IMG/VR virus record: IMGVR_UViG_3300046007_011426
Coordinates: 1 to 57,079 of that record
DNA from: a virus
Lineage: Duplodnaviria; Caudoviricetes
Length of the DNA stretch: 57,079 bases
Direction: 5' to 3' (one strand)
This document shows positions 45,331 through 52,780 of this stretch, in pieces (the first letter of the stretch is position 1; every line of letters starts with the position of its first letter). The position numbers were made by a program, and so were the translations under genes. The notes beneath the pieces were generated by a model. That model was not told the origin of the DNA. It saw nothing but the letters and a program-made list of their open reading frames with translations, and searched no databases.

Positions 45331-46563
45331 ATGACATCTATTATTCTGAGACCTCATCAAGAAGATGCCTTGATTTCCATGAATAATAATTCCATTGGAA
45401 AAATACTACTTGGAACTGGTGCTGGTAAATCAATTATTTTTATTCAGAATACAATCAAACAATTTGAGTTTGATCAACCACAAACCGTTTGTATTGTTGC
45501 ACCAAGGATTCTTCTTGCATGTCAGCTGTCTCAAGAGTATGAGAAGTTTATTAGCAATGCAAAGTTTATTCACGTACACTCAGGTAGTCGTCTAAAACAC
45601 TATAGGACTACGAATCCAGAAGATATTCAAGAGTGGCATAATATCCATAAGGATCACCATAAATTGATTTTTACTTCTTATAATTCCCTAAAAAAAGTAA
45701 TTGAATCTGGAATCAAGGTTGACACTTATCATTTTGATGAAGGACATAATTCAGTGAAGAAAAACTTTTTTCCTCATATTGAGGATGCTGTAAGGTCTGC
45801 CAATAAAAAATACTTCTTTACGGCTACTCCTAAAAATTCCCTTATTCCTGATAAAAAACCAGGAATGAATATATCAGAAGTTTATGGTGACACTCTTTGT
45901 AGTGTTCCTATGACCCAAATGGTAGACCAGGGATTTGTTATTCCTCCACTTGTTGTAAAAAAGGAAGTGGAAAATAATGAGAATATTGATGAACGTAATT
46001 GTGATCTGATCTTGAAGGCCCTTGATGAGGAGAATGTTTCTAAGGTTCTTATTGCAGCAAAATCTACTAAATCAATTATTTCTCTCATTAGTGAAACCGA
46101 TTTTTCAGAACGTCTTAAAGAGAGAGATTATAGTCTAATGCACATTACCTCACAACATGGGTGTTATATTAATGGAAAGGAAGTCAAGAGAATGGATTTC
46201 TTTAAGACCCTAAACGAATGGGGTAATGACGTGGATAAGAAATTTGTGGTACTTAATTACAGTATTCTTGGGGAAGGAATCAATGTGGTCGGACTTGATT
46301 CTGTTATTTTCCTAAGGAATATGTCTATTATTGATATGGTCCAGACTGTAGGGAGAATTATTCGTTTAGATAAAAAAGACTCTGACCGAATTGCATCAGG
46401 AGAACTGGTTGTTGGTGATTATAGGAACTATGTAAAACCTTATGGTCTTGTTGTATTGCCCATTTTTGATTCTTATTCAAAGAAGGTTTCAGAAGCAGTG
46501 GAAGAAATGATTTATAAGAGTTTTACCCTGGGTGAAACTGTTACTCAGGAGATTATAAAGTAG
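45331..46563 (+). CDS. SF2 (DExH/ResIII-like) helicase
   Basis: LRPHQ, GTGAGKS, FDEGHN, FTAT, LGEGIN and QTVGRIIR motifs. Confidence 0.9.
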   Translation: MTSIILRPHQEDALISMNNNSIGKILLGTGAGKSIIFIQNTIKQFEFDQPQTVCIVAPRILLACQLSQEYEKFISNAKFIHVHSGSRLKHYRTTNPEDIQEWHNIHKDHHKLIFTSYNSLKKVIESGIKVDTYHFDEGHNSVKKNFFPHIEDAVRSANKKYFFTATPKNSLIPDKKPGMNISEVYGDTLCSVPMTQMVDQGFVIPPLVVKKEVENNENIDERNCDLILKALDEENVSKVLIAAKSTKSIISLISETDFSERLKERDYSLMHITSQHGCYINGKEVKRMDFFKTLNEWGNDVDKKFVVLNYSILGEGINVVGLDSVIFLRNMSIIDMVQTVGRIIRLDKKDSDRIASGELVVGDYRNYVKPYGLVVLPIFDSYSKKVSEAVEEMIYKSFTLGETVTQEIIK

Positions 46564-46619
46564 GGACGGTTTTTAAACTGTCCCCTATTTGCACTAGTTC
46601 TTTAAAAATCTGTTATGGT
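46563..46619 (+). promoter_or_regulatory. Palindromic element + -10 box
   Basis: GGGACGGTT-TTTA-AACTGTCCC; TGt-TATGGT at 46614. Confidence 0.8.
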
Positions 46620-46639
46620 TTATTTGCCATTGAAATTTT

Positions 46640-47971
46640 ATGATGTTCAAGATCTCAGAAAAAGCCAATCCAAATTATCTTGCGGCAATCGTTCGGCTGG
46701 ATAATATTGTTCCTCATCCTAATGCGGACAGGCTTCAAATTGCCGTTGTTCAGGGAAATTCTGTTATTGTGTCCTTGGATGCAAAGGAAGGAGACGTTTA
46801 TGTTTACTTTCCTTTAGAGTGCGCCATTAATAAGGAATTCCTTTCATGGAGTAATTCTTTTTCCGATAAAACAATGAACTCTGATACAGAAATAGCTGGG
46901 TTTTTCGGAAAACAGGGAAGAGTCAAAGCGGTAAAACTTCGGGGAGCACCATCTATGGGGTATGCCGTTCCCCGCAACAAACTAGAAATGTGGCTATCAG
47001 AAAAAGAAAAGAAGGCAGTTATTATTTCTGATGATCTTATTGGAAAGGAGTTTGATTCTTATAATGATATTATTATTTGTGAAAAATATGTGAATCCTGT
47101 TGCCCTTAAGAAGCAGAATAAAGAGAAAAAGAACCAAAAGAAAGTTGTTCGGGAACCAAAAGTTGTTGATTCTCAATTTCATTTTCACATAAACACGCCA
47201 CAACTTAGGAAACTTATTCACAATATTTCGCCAAACGATTATATTGCAATTACCCGAAAACTTCATGGAACGTCATGGGTTGCGGCCAGACTTCTCTGTA
47301 ATAAAAGGCTGACCTGGCAAGAAAAAGTACTTAAGAAGTTTGGTGTAAAAATTGTTGACACTGAATATGATTTGCTCTGGGCATCAAGAAGGGTCCTGAA
47401 AAACGGCTATCTTGAAGTAGGAAATAAAGATCACTTTTATTCTTATGATCTATGGGAAGATATTGCCAAATCAGTAGAATACGCAATTCAAGATTCTATT
47501 ACTCTTTATGGCGAATCCGTGGGGTACACAAAAACTGGTAGTTTTATTCAAAATGGATATGATTATGGATGTCCTGTTGGGCAATTTAAAACCTATATTT
47601 ACCGAATCACCACAACGAATCAGTCTGGTCAAGTTTATGAATTTTCTCATAATCAGGTAAAGGAATATTGTGAAAAATTTGGTCTTACAATGGTTCCTGA
47701 ACTTTATTATGGAAAGGCCAAGGATCTTTATCCGGAGCTTTCTGTAAAAGAACATTGGCACGAAAATTTCCTCCAGCGTCTTATTGAAGATTATCTTGAG
47801 AAAGATTGTGATCTATGTAAATCTCAAAAGGTTCCTGATGAGGGAATTTGTCTTCGTAAGGATATTTTCGATATCGAAGTTTATAAACTCAAATCATTCA
47901 AATTCCTTGAATGGGAAACAAAACAACTAGATGACGAAAATTATTTAGATATGGAATCCCAAGATGCCTAA
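46640..47971 (+). CDS. ATP-dependent RNA ligase with N-terminal OB-fold (DRB0094/Rnl5-like)
   Basis: PHPNADRL..VYFP..KLRG..SMG OB domain; motif I RKLHGTS, III YGE, IV EGIC, V KLKS. Confidence 0.85.
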   Translation: MMFKISEKANPNYLAAIVRLDNIVPHPNADRLQIAVVQGNSVIVSLDAKEGDVYVYFPLECAINKEFLSWSNSFSDKTMNSDTEIAGFFGKQGRVKAVKLRGAPSMGYAVPRNKLEMWLSEKEKKAVIISDDLIGKEFDSYNDIIICEKYVNPVALKKQNKEKKNQKKVVREPKVVDSQFHFHINTPQLRKLIHNISPNDYIAITRKLHGTSWVAARLLCNKRLTWQEKVLKKFGVKIVDTEYDLLWASRRVLKNGYLEVGNKDHFYSYDLWEDIAKSVEYAIQDSITLYGESVGYTKTGSFIQNGYDYGCPVGQFKTYIYRITTTNQSGQVYEFSHNQVKEYCEKFGLTMVPELYYGKAKDLYPELSVKEHWHENFLQRLIEDYLEKDCDLCKSQKVPDEGICLRKDIFDIEVYKLKSFKFLEWETKQLDDENYLDMESQDA

Positions 47972-48443
47972 AGCAATCCTTCTCTGCGGTGTACCAACAT
48001 CAGGAAAATCTTCCTGGGTTAAAAATCATCCAGGTTACATTGTCATTTCTTCTGATAACATAATCGAGAACTATGCGAAAAACATCGGATCAACTTATGA
48101 TGGTGTCTTTGATCACTATATACAAGAGGCAATTTCTTTGATGCTTCAACAACTTAAACACGCAGTCAAGAACAATAAAAACATTATTGTCGATCAGACT
48201 CACCTGACACCCAAAGTCAGAAAAAGAAAACTCAGAATGATCTCGGATCATTATGAGAAAATTGCTGTTTATTTTGAAATCTCTAAGGAAGAAATGCTAA
48301 AGAGAAACCACAACTCGGACAGAACAAAAACTGTCCCGGTTCATGTGCTAGAGTCGATGCATGGCTCTTATAGTAGGCCATGCGTTTCGGAGGGTTTCTC
48401 CCAAGTGGCCGATGGACGGTCCTTCAACTGTCCACTAAATTGA
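47964..48443 (+). CDS. Polynucleotide kinase-like P-loop protein (AAA_33 type)
   Basis: GVPTSGKS, ISSD, IVDQTH, RN..R..VP and EGF motifs. Confidence 0.85.
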   Translation: MPKAILLCGVPTSGKSSWVKNHPGYIVISSDNIIENYAKNIGSTYDGVFDHYIQEAISLMLQQLKHAVKNNKNIIVDQTHLTPKVRKRKLRMISDHYEKIAVYFEISKEEMLKRNHNSDRTKTVPVHVLESMHGSYSRPCVSEGFSQVADGRSFNCPLN

Positions 48444-48469
48444 CCACTTACCCTTAAACGTGCTACAGT
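48413..48469 (+). promoter_or_regulatory. Palindromic element + -10 box
   Basis: TGGACGGTC-CTTC-AACTGTCCA; TGc-TACAGT at 48464. Confidence 0.8.
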
Positions 48470-48492
48470 TCACTTGTCCAAATTACTAAAGG

Positions 48493-48855
48493 ATGCTTTT
48501 TATGACTTATCAAATTTTCAATCGCACTGACTATGATTTCACGGCTCGCACTACATCCTCAAAGGTGCTGGCTTATGATGTGAATGTTGATCGATGGGTG
48601 CAAACCACAATGCAAGCAGTTAGGGATTACGCTGGCTACACTCGATTCTTCTTTGTTGATGATCTTGAGGCCGATGTTCCTGAAGAGGAAGTCGAGCCCA
48701 CCGCCGCCGACCGCGCCCGTGAGGGAGTTAATGAGATGATCAGTTGGATTTCGCAATGGTCAGTCCGCGCACCAGCCGTTGACGCAAAACTCAACGAGTT
48801 CCGCGACCAGATTTTTGAGGCCATTGACGAACTAGAAGAAGAAGTGGACGGGTGA
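48493..48855 (+). CDS. Acidic hypothetical protein
   Basis: Has its own promoter; D/E-rich. Confidence 0.7.
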   Translation: MLFMTYQIFNRTDYDFTARTTSSKVLAYDVNVDRWVQTTMQAVRDYAGYTRFFFVDDLEADVPEEEVEPTAADRAREGVNEMISWISQWSVRAPAVDAKLNEFRDQIFEAIDELEEEVDG

Positions 48856-48909
48856 CAATCTTCTAACTGTCACACCTTAACCCAATAAAACCATAACCTC
48901 GGCTAGACT
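48852..48909 (+). promoter_or_regulatory. Palindromic element + -10 box
   Basis: GTGACAATC-TTCT-AACTGTCAC; TAGACT at 48904. Confidence 0.75.
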
Positions 48910-48933
48910 TAAAACACTAACCGGGGTTTTCTA

Positions 48934-49608
48934 ATGTCTTTCTGTTTCATTTCAGATATCCACTCTCAGTCTCAAAGACTGCAAAGGGCAATCGATTATG
49001 CCGAGTCTCAAAATCTTCAAATCATCTTTCTTGGAGACATTTTTGACAGCAAGATCGAATACAGCGACTCCATCGGGGTTCTGAATCTAGTGGAAAAGTC
49101 TGTAAAAAAAGGTCACGTTTGTATGCACTCTAATCACCAGGACAAGCTGGTTCGTTATCTAAAAGGAAACAATGTTTCTCAAAATAACGGTCTTGATGTC
49201 ACAATCAAGGAATTTGAGGAGAACAACATCGATAAAAATGCCCTGTTTGATCTTCTTTCGTCCTTTCCTTATGGGGTGATTATGAAGGACAATAAGGGCA
49301 AAGAATACCGGATTGCCCATGCATACTTCCCGAATAGCCTAAGGACCGAATCAAAGTTTGTTTATAGGAGTGACCTTAATCGTAGGTACAGGGACGTATT
49401 CATTTACGGAAAAACCGACCGGGATAATATCCGGGTCAAGTGGTGGGAGGCCCAAAATGAAAACCAGGATTATGTAAGGGTAGCCGGTCATTATCATGCG
49501 GTTTTTATTGGAGACCAATCCATCGTTCTTGATTCTGGATGCGGTAGTGATTCTCTGGCTCCGCTGTCACTTTATAATGTAGAATCTGGTGTAATCAAGG
49601 AGTTTTGA
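48934..49608 (+). CDS. Calcineurin-like metallophosphoesterase (Pnkp/PrpE-phosphatase-like)
   Basis: SDIH, LGDIFD, SNHQDKL, AHA, GHYH and LDSGC motifs. Confidence 0.85.
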   Translation: MSFCFISDIHSQSQRLQRAIDYAESQNLQIIFLGDIFDSKIEYSDSIGVLNLVEKSVKKGHVCMHSNHQDKLVRYLKGNNVSQNNGLDVTIKEFEENNIDKNALFDLLSSFPYGVIMKDNKGKEYRIAHAYFPNSLRTESKFVYRSDLNRRYRDVFIYGKTDRDNIRVKWWEAQNENQDYVRVAGHYHAVFIGDQSIVLDSGCGSDSLAPLSLYNVESGVIKEF

Positions 49609-50090
49609 TTTTTATGAGCTATAGGGACCTAGAACCTTACCGAGACGTGTTACTTTTAAACGCTGATTACAACCCGATTTCCATCATAAAATGGCGAAGA
49701 GCCATTGTTCTTTTATTGAAGGAACGAGTCAAGTTCATTTCTAAACGAGTTATTTGCCTAAAAAATTATGTAAGGATTCCTTCTGAAAAACTCTTAAGTG
49801 TGAGGCCAACCAAAAATCTTGTTAAGAAATTTGGTAATTATCAATGCGCTTATTGTGGAATTTATGATGGCCTAACAATTGATCACGTAATTCCATTGTC
49901 TCGCGGAGGGCTTCACACTTTTGATAATCTGGTTCCAGCATGTCGAAGTTGCAATGAAGAAAAGGGTAATCGGACTCCAGAAGAATGGGGAAAGTTTCCC
50001 TACAGAACTAACTACAAACCTAAAAGTAAATTGGAGATTATTTTGAAAAAATCTAACGTTGATGAATGGAAGGATTACGTGTACTCATGA
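49605..50090 (+). CDS. HNH endonuclease (McrA-like)
   Basis: LLNADY.P..WRRA; CAYC, TIDHVIP.SRGG..NLV.AC..CN..KG. Confidence 0.9.
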   Translation: MIFMSYRDLEPYRDVLLLNADYNPISIIKWRRAIVLLLKERVKFISKRVICLKNYVRIPSEKLLSVRPTKNLVKKFGNYQCAYCGIYDGLTIDHVIPLSRGGLHTFDNLVPACRSCNEEKGNRTPEEWGKFPYRTNYKPKSKLEIILKKSNVDEWKDYVYS

Positions 50091-50179
50091 AATTCTTTCT
50101 TTACTTGCCAATTGTATCCATTTCAGTATTTCTTTCTGTAGCGACCATTTACAACATTATCCAAATTTTTAAACTATGA
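50087..50179 (+). CDS. 30-aa hydrophobic peptide (not in track)
   Basis: MKFFLYLPIVSISVFLSVATIYNIIQIFKL; ATGA-coupled at both ends. Confidence 0.6.
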   Translation: MKFFLYLPIVSISVFLSVATIYNIIQIFKL

Positions 50180-50382
50180 AGCGCTTTTTTGAAGATCCGA
50201 ATGCTATTGCGTTCCTTTTGCTTATCGTTTTGGGTGTGGGGCTTTCTGTTTATTTTATACATCAAGAAAATAGCCTGTTTCGACAAAATTTCAATATGGT
50301 TCTTGAGTGTCGCAAGTCGGTAGAACTCACTCAGATGGACAAGATCTGTGGGCCAATTCCTCAACGTGGAGGTAGCAAATGA
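50176..50382 (+). CDS. Small single-pass membrane protein
   Basis: Hydrophobic helix followed by a Cys pair. Confidence 0.7.
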   Translation: MKRFFEDPNAIAFLLLIVLGVGLSVYFIHQENSLFRQNFNMVLECRKSVELTQMDKICGPIPQRGGSK

Positions 50383-50555
50383 CTGATGAATCAAGCAAAT
50401 CATTTAGAAATGTTGCTCTCATTATAATGTTTATGATTGCAATTTCTAATGTCACTTATACTCTTGGAGAACGACGAACTGTTGTTATGTGTGTTGACAA
50501 ACCGGCTCAATGTAAAATCATTTATGATTATTTAAAAATGGGAGAAAACAAATGA
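50379..50555 (+). CDS. Small single-pass membrane protein (58 aa, not in track)
   Basis: TM helix + CVDKPAQCKIIYDYLK; ATGA-coupled. Confidence 0.75.
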   Translation: MTDESSKSFRNVALIIMFMIAISNVTYTLGERRTVVMCVDKPAQCKIIYDYLKMGENK

Positions 50556-50743
50556 CTGAAGACCAACTAATGGAACTCTGGGGAGACGGAAGTGATTTCG
50601 GACTTTCTCCACATGATGAACTCTTTATGAACAGCGCATTTCGTGAGGTTGCTATTAAGTTTGCGCAAAAAATTTCTGCAATTTCTTATATGGAAGGTTA
50701 TACAAACGGAAGTACTGGGGCTTGGGGTGAACCATTACAATGA
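50552..50743 (+). CDS. Hypothetical protein
   Basis: ATGA-coupled ORF. Confidence 0.65.
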   Translation: MTEDQLMELWGDGSDFGLSPHDELFMNSAFREVAIKFAQKISAISYMEGYTNGSTGAWGEPLQ

Positions 50744-50937
50744 CCTATCAAGTTTATGCATTAATTCAAGGATACACAGACAACTGCACTTATAGTGGGG
50801 AGGATTTTGATACATTAGAACTTTTTTTCAACAAAGAAGATGCCGAACTTCGCCAAACAGAATTAGAACTAAAAATTCTTGAATCTGGGCGAGAAGATTA
50901 TGAGTATGTTTATGTAAATTTAGTGGATATTAACTAA
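50740..50937 (+). CDS. Acidic hypothetical protein
   Basis: ATGA-coupled ORF. Confidence 0.65.
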   Translation: MTYQVYALIQGYTDNCTYSGEDFDTLELFFNKEDAELRQTELELKILESGREDYEYVYVNLVDIN

Positions 50938-50942
50938 AATAA

Positions 50943-51296
50943 ATGACTATCAAACGCATTCAAGTAAAAGAAACTAAACGGTATTATGGGGACTTTGAAG
51001 GTTCTCTTGAGAGTATCATTTATTCACTTCAGGCAGATTTAGACGCTGGTTGGGAGGGCCTTGGGAGTGATTATGAATATAATGGATATGGTGGCGAGAG
51101 ATATACAGTATATTATCTCTACAAGCACCGCGAGGAAAATGATAAAGAATATAAAAAACGAATGAAACTACTAGAAACAGAAAAACAGCAAAAAGAAAAG
51201 GCCAAGGCCCAAAAACTTGAAAAACTCAAGAAAGAACTTTCTTCTTTGAGTAAGGAAGAAAAAGAGCAGTTAGGACTTATTGGAGACAACAAATGA
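50943..51296 (+). CDS. Hypothetical protein with C-terminal coiled coil
   Basis: E/K-rich tail. Confidence 0.7.
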   Translation: MTIKRIQVKETKRYYGDFEGSLESIIYSLQADLDAGWEGLGSDYEYNGYGGERYTVYYLYKHREENDKEYKKRMKLLETEKQQKEKAKAQKLEKLKKELSSLSKEEKEQLGLIGDNK

Positions 51297-51511
51297 TCAA
51301 TAAAGAAGATTTTATTAAAATAGCACTTGAATGTCTTAGTCTTTTTCTTGTTTTAATTGGGTTTCCTGTGATGTTTTATAATATGGGCCATTTTCATGGA
51401 AAAAAAGAAGCAAAAAACAAGACAACTATTTCTTGTATGGAAAAGCCTAATGAGTGTAAAGAACTTTATAATTACATAAAACTCTCTGAAAAACTTGGGA
51501 AGGCACCATAA
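51293..51511 (+). CDS. Small single-pass membrane protein (paralogue of 50379-50555)
   Basis: TM helix + CMEKPNECKELYNYIK. Confidence 0.75.
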   Translation: MINKEDFIKIALECLSLFLVLIGFPVMFYNMGHFHGKKEAKNKTTISCMEKPNECKELYNYIKLSEKLGKAP

Positions 51512-51518
51512 ACTCTTT

Positions 51519-51576
51519 GAGCCACTCCCCAAACTGGCACACTCATAAAAAATCCTGATCACCCATCATATATAAT
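51519..51576 (+). promoter_or_regulatory. Palindromic element + -10 box
   Basis: GAGCCACTC-CCCA-AACTGGCAC; TATAAT at 51571. Confidence 0.7.
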
Positions 51577-51608
51577 ACAAACATCCACATTGGAGGACCT
51601 AAACAAAC

Positions 51609-51764
51609 TTGGATTTACAGCACAAATTTCTTCTTGACATCACCTCTCAAATTGAGGACATTATGATGGACGCCGATTTTGACCTCGGAACCGATTCAGT
51701 CATTTATAAAAAACTAAAAGACCTTATCGGATCAGTAGAAGATTATCAAGAATCGCTTCCATGA
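51609..51764 (+). CDS. Small acidic protein (TTG start; not in track)
   Basis: GGAGG upstream; MDLQHKFLLDITSQIEDIMMDADF... Confidence 0.55.
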   Translation: MDLQHKFLLDITSQIEDIMMDADFDLGTDSVIYKKLKDLIGSVEDYQESLP

Positions 51765-51904
51765 GATTCACCGTTACTTACAAAATCCCAAAACACAAAA
51801 AGAAACAAAAGGCAACTTTTTTTGAAATTGAAGATTCAATTAAATGGGAAGAACACGTCAAACAAAATCTAAAAGCATTCGATGTTAAAATCATTCCATC
51901 CTAG
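51761..51904 (+). CDS. Small hypothetical protein (47 aa; not in track)
   Basis: MRFTVTYK..KQKATFFEIEDSIKWEEHV; ATGA coupling. Confidence 0.7.
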   Translation: MRFTVTYKIPKHKKKQKATFFEIEDSIKWEEHVKQNLKAFDVKIIPS

Positions 51905-51913
51905 GAGGAACTT

Positions 51914-52069
51914 ATGCCAACAGTTATCGACCAAAAAATCAGGATCACCGATGTTGAAATTATCTGCGAGGAAGATGGATTTTATGCGATAGTCACTTAC
52001 TCTGATAAGAAATTTGACGAGTTCGGGCCTTATGCCACTTATCGAGAGGCCGAGTCGGCTGTTTACTAA
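51914..52069 (+). CDS. Small hypothetical protein (51 aa; not in track)
   Basis: AGGAGG SD; MPTVIDQKIR...FGPYATYREAESAVY. Confidence 0.7.
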   Translation: MPTVIDQKIRITDVEIICEEDGFYAIVTYSDKKFDEFGPYATYREAESAVY

Positions 52070-52101
52070 TTTAAATAAAAACAAAAGTTGGAGGGACTGC
52101 T

Positions 52102-52224
52102 ATGGACACTCAGGTAATTGAAAAAATTGAAGAAAAAGATTCCCTTGAATACTTTTTAGACAAACTAGAAGAATATGACACTCAAGATGAGGAGTATCCA
52201 GAGTTCGATGATTATGCCAATTGA
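52102..52224 (+). CDS. Very acidic 40-aa protein (not in track)
   Basis: GGAGG SD; 16 of 40 residues are D/E. Confidence 0.65.
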   Translation: MDTQVIEKIEEKDSLEYFLDKLEEYDTQDEEYPEFDDYAN

Positions 52225-52270
52225 AAAACTGTCCACGAATGCAACCAAAAAAGGAAAACTATACTAGACT
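52214..52270 (+). promoter_or_regulatory. Palindromic element + -10 box
   Basis: ATGCCAATT-GAAA-AACTGTCCA; TAGACT at 52265. Confidence 0.75.
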
Positions 52271-52289
52271 AAGGAGGTCTAATGAGAAG

Positions 52290-52394
52290 TTGTCACAGAC
52301 TCTCATTGACGATCTTCTAGAAACCGGGGTTTTTAATTCTCCGGTCGAAGAGGAACTATCCCCAGAAGTCCAACGACTTCTAAAAAACATGTAA
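52290..52394 (+). CDS. Possible 34-aa protein (TTG start)
   Basis: MSQTLIDDLLETGVFNSPVEEELSPEVQRLLKNM after AAGGAGG. Confidence 0.4.
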   Translation: MSQTLIDDLLETGVFNSPVEEELSPEVQRLLKNM

Positions 52395-52418
52395 ACCAAA
52401 TTATAATGGAGTTAAATT

Positions 52419-52553
52419 ATGTCCCGTGAAGAAGCCCTGATTATTATTCGATCCGGTAAAAACGGCAACCAAATCCTTGACCTTCTGGATAAGGTTTCGT
52501 CTCTCTGCACTGATGCAGACGAAGAAGTTTCTGATCTAGAGTTTGCTGAGTGA
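52419..52553 (+). CDS. Small hypothetical protein (44 aa; not in track)
   Basis: GGAG SD; MSREEALIIIRSGKNGNQILDLLD with an acidic tail. Confidence 0.65.
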   Translation: MSREEALIIIRSGKNGNQILDLLDKVSSLCTDADEEVSDLEFAE

Positions 52554-52607
52554 CGGTCTAAAAACTGTCCACTCCGGCCCATCTCAGCAACTGAGGTGGG
52601 CTATTAT
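52550..52607 (+). promoter_or_regulatory. Palindromic element + second inverted repeat + -10 box
   Basis: GTGACGGTC-TAAA-AACTGTCCA; GCCCATCTCAG-CAA-CTGAGGTGGGC; TATTAT at 52602. Confidence 0.8.
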
Positions 52608-52630
52608 TATGTCTGTTACCAATCCAACTA

Positions 52631-52780
52631 ATGAAACGATACTCTGCGCATTCTCATACGGAATTTGAAGAATCTGATACCCTAGAAGAGGCTATTGAAA
52701 TTGCCAAATCAATGTCGGCTCATTTTGGAAATTCTTACGTGATCGATAACGAAACCAACCAAGTTGTGGAGGAATTTTGA
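52631..52780 (+). CDS. Small acidic protein (49 aa; not in track)
   Basis: MKRYSAHSHTEFEESDTLEEAIEIAKSMS...; TGATG coupling to the next gene. Confidence 0.7.
   Translation: MKRYSAHSHTEFEESDTLEEAIEIAKSMSAHFGNSYVIDNETNQVVEEF

Noticed and set aside
45331-50090. Helicase + HNH as a restriction or defence system
   Set aside because: They lie in separate transcription units, no methyltransferase is nearby, and both are common stand-alone cyanophage genes.
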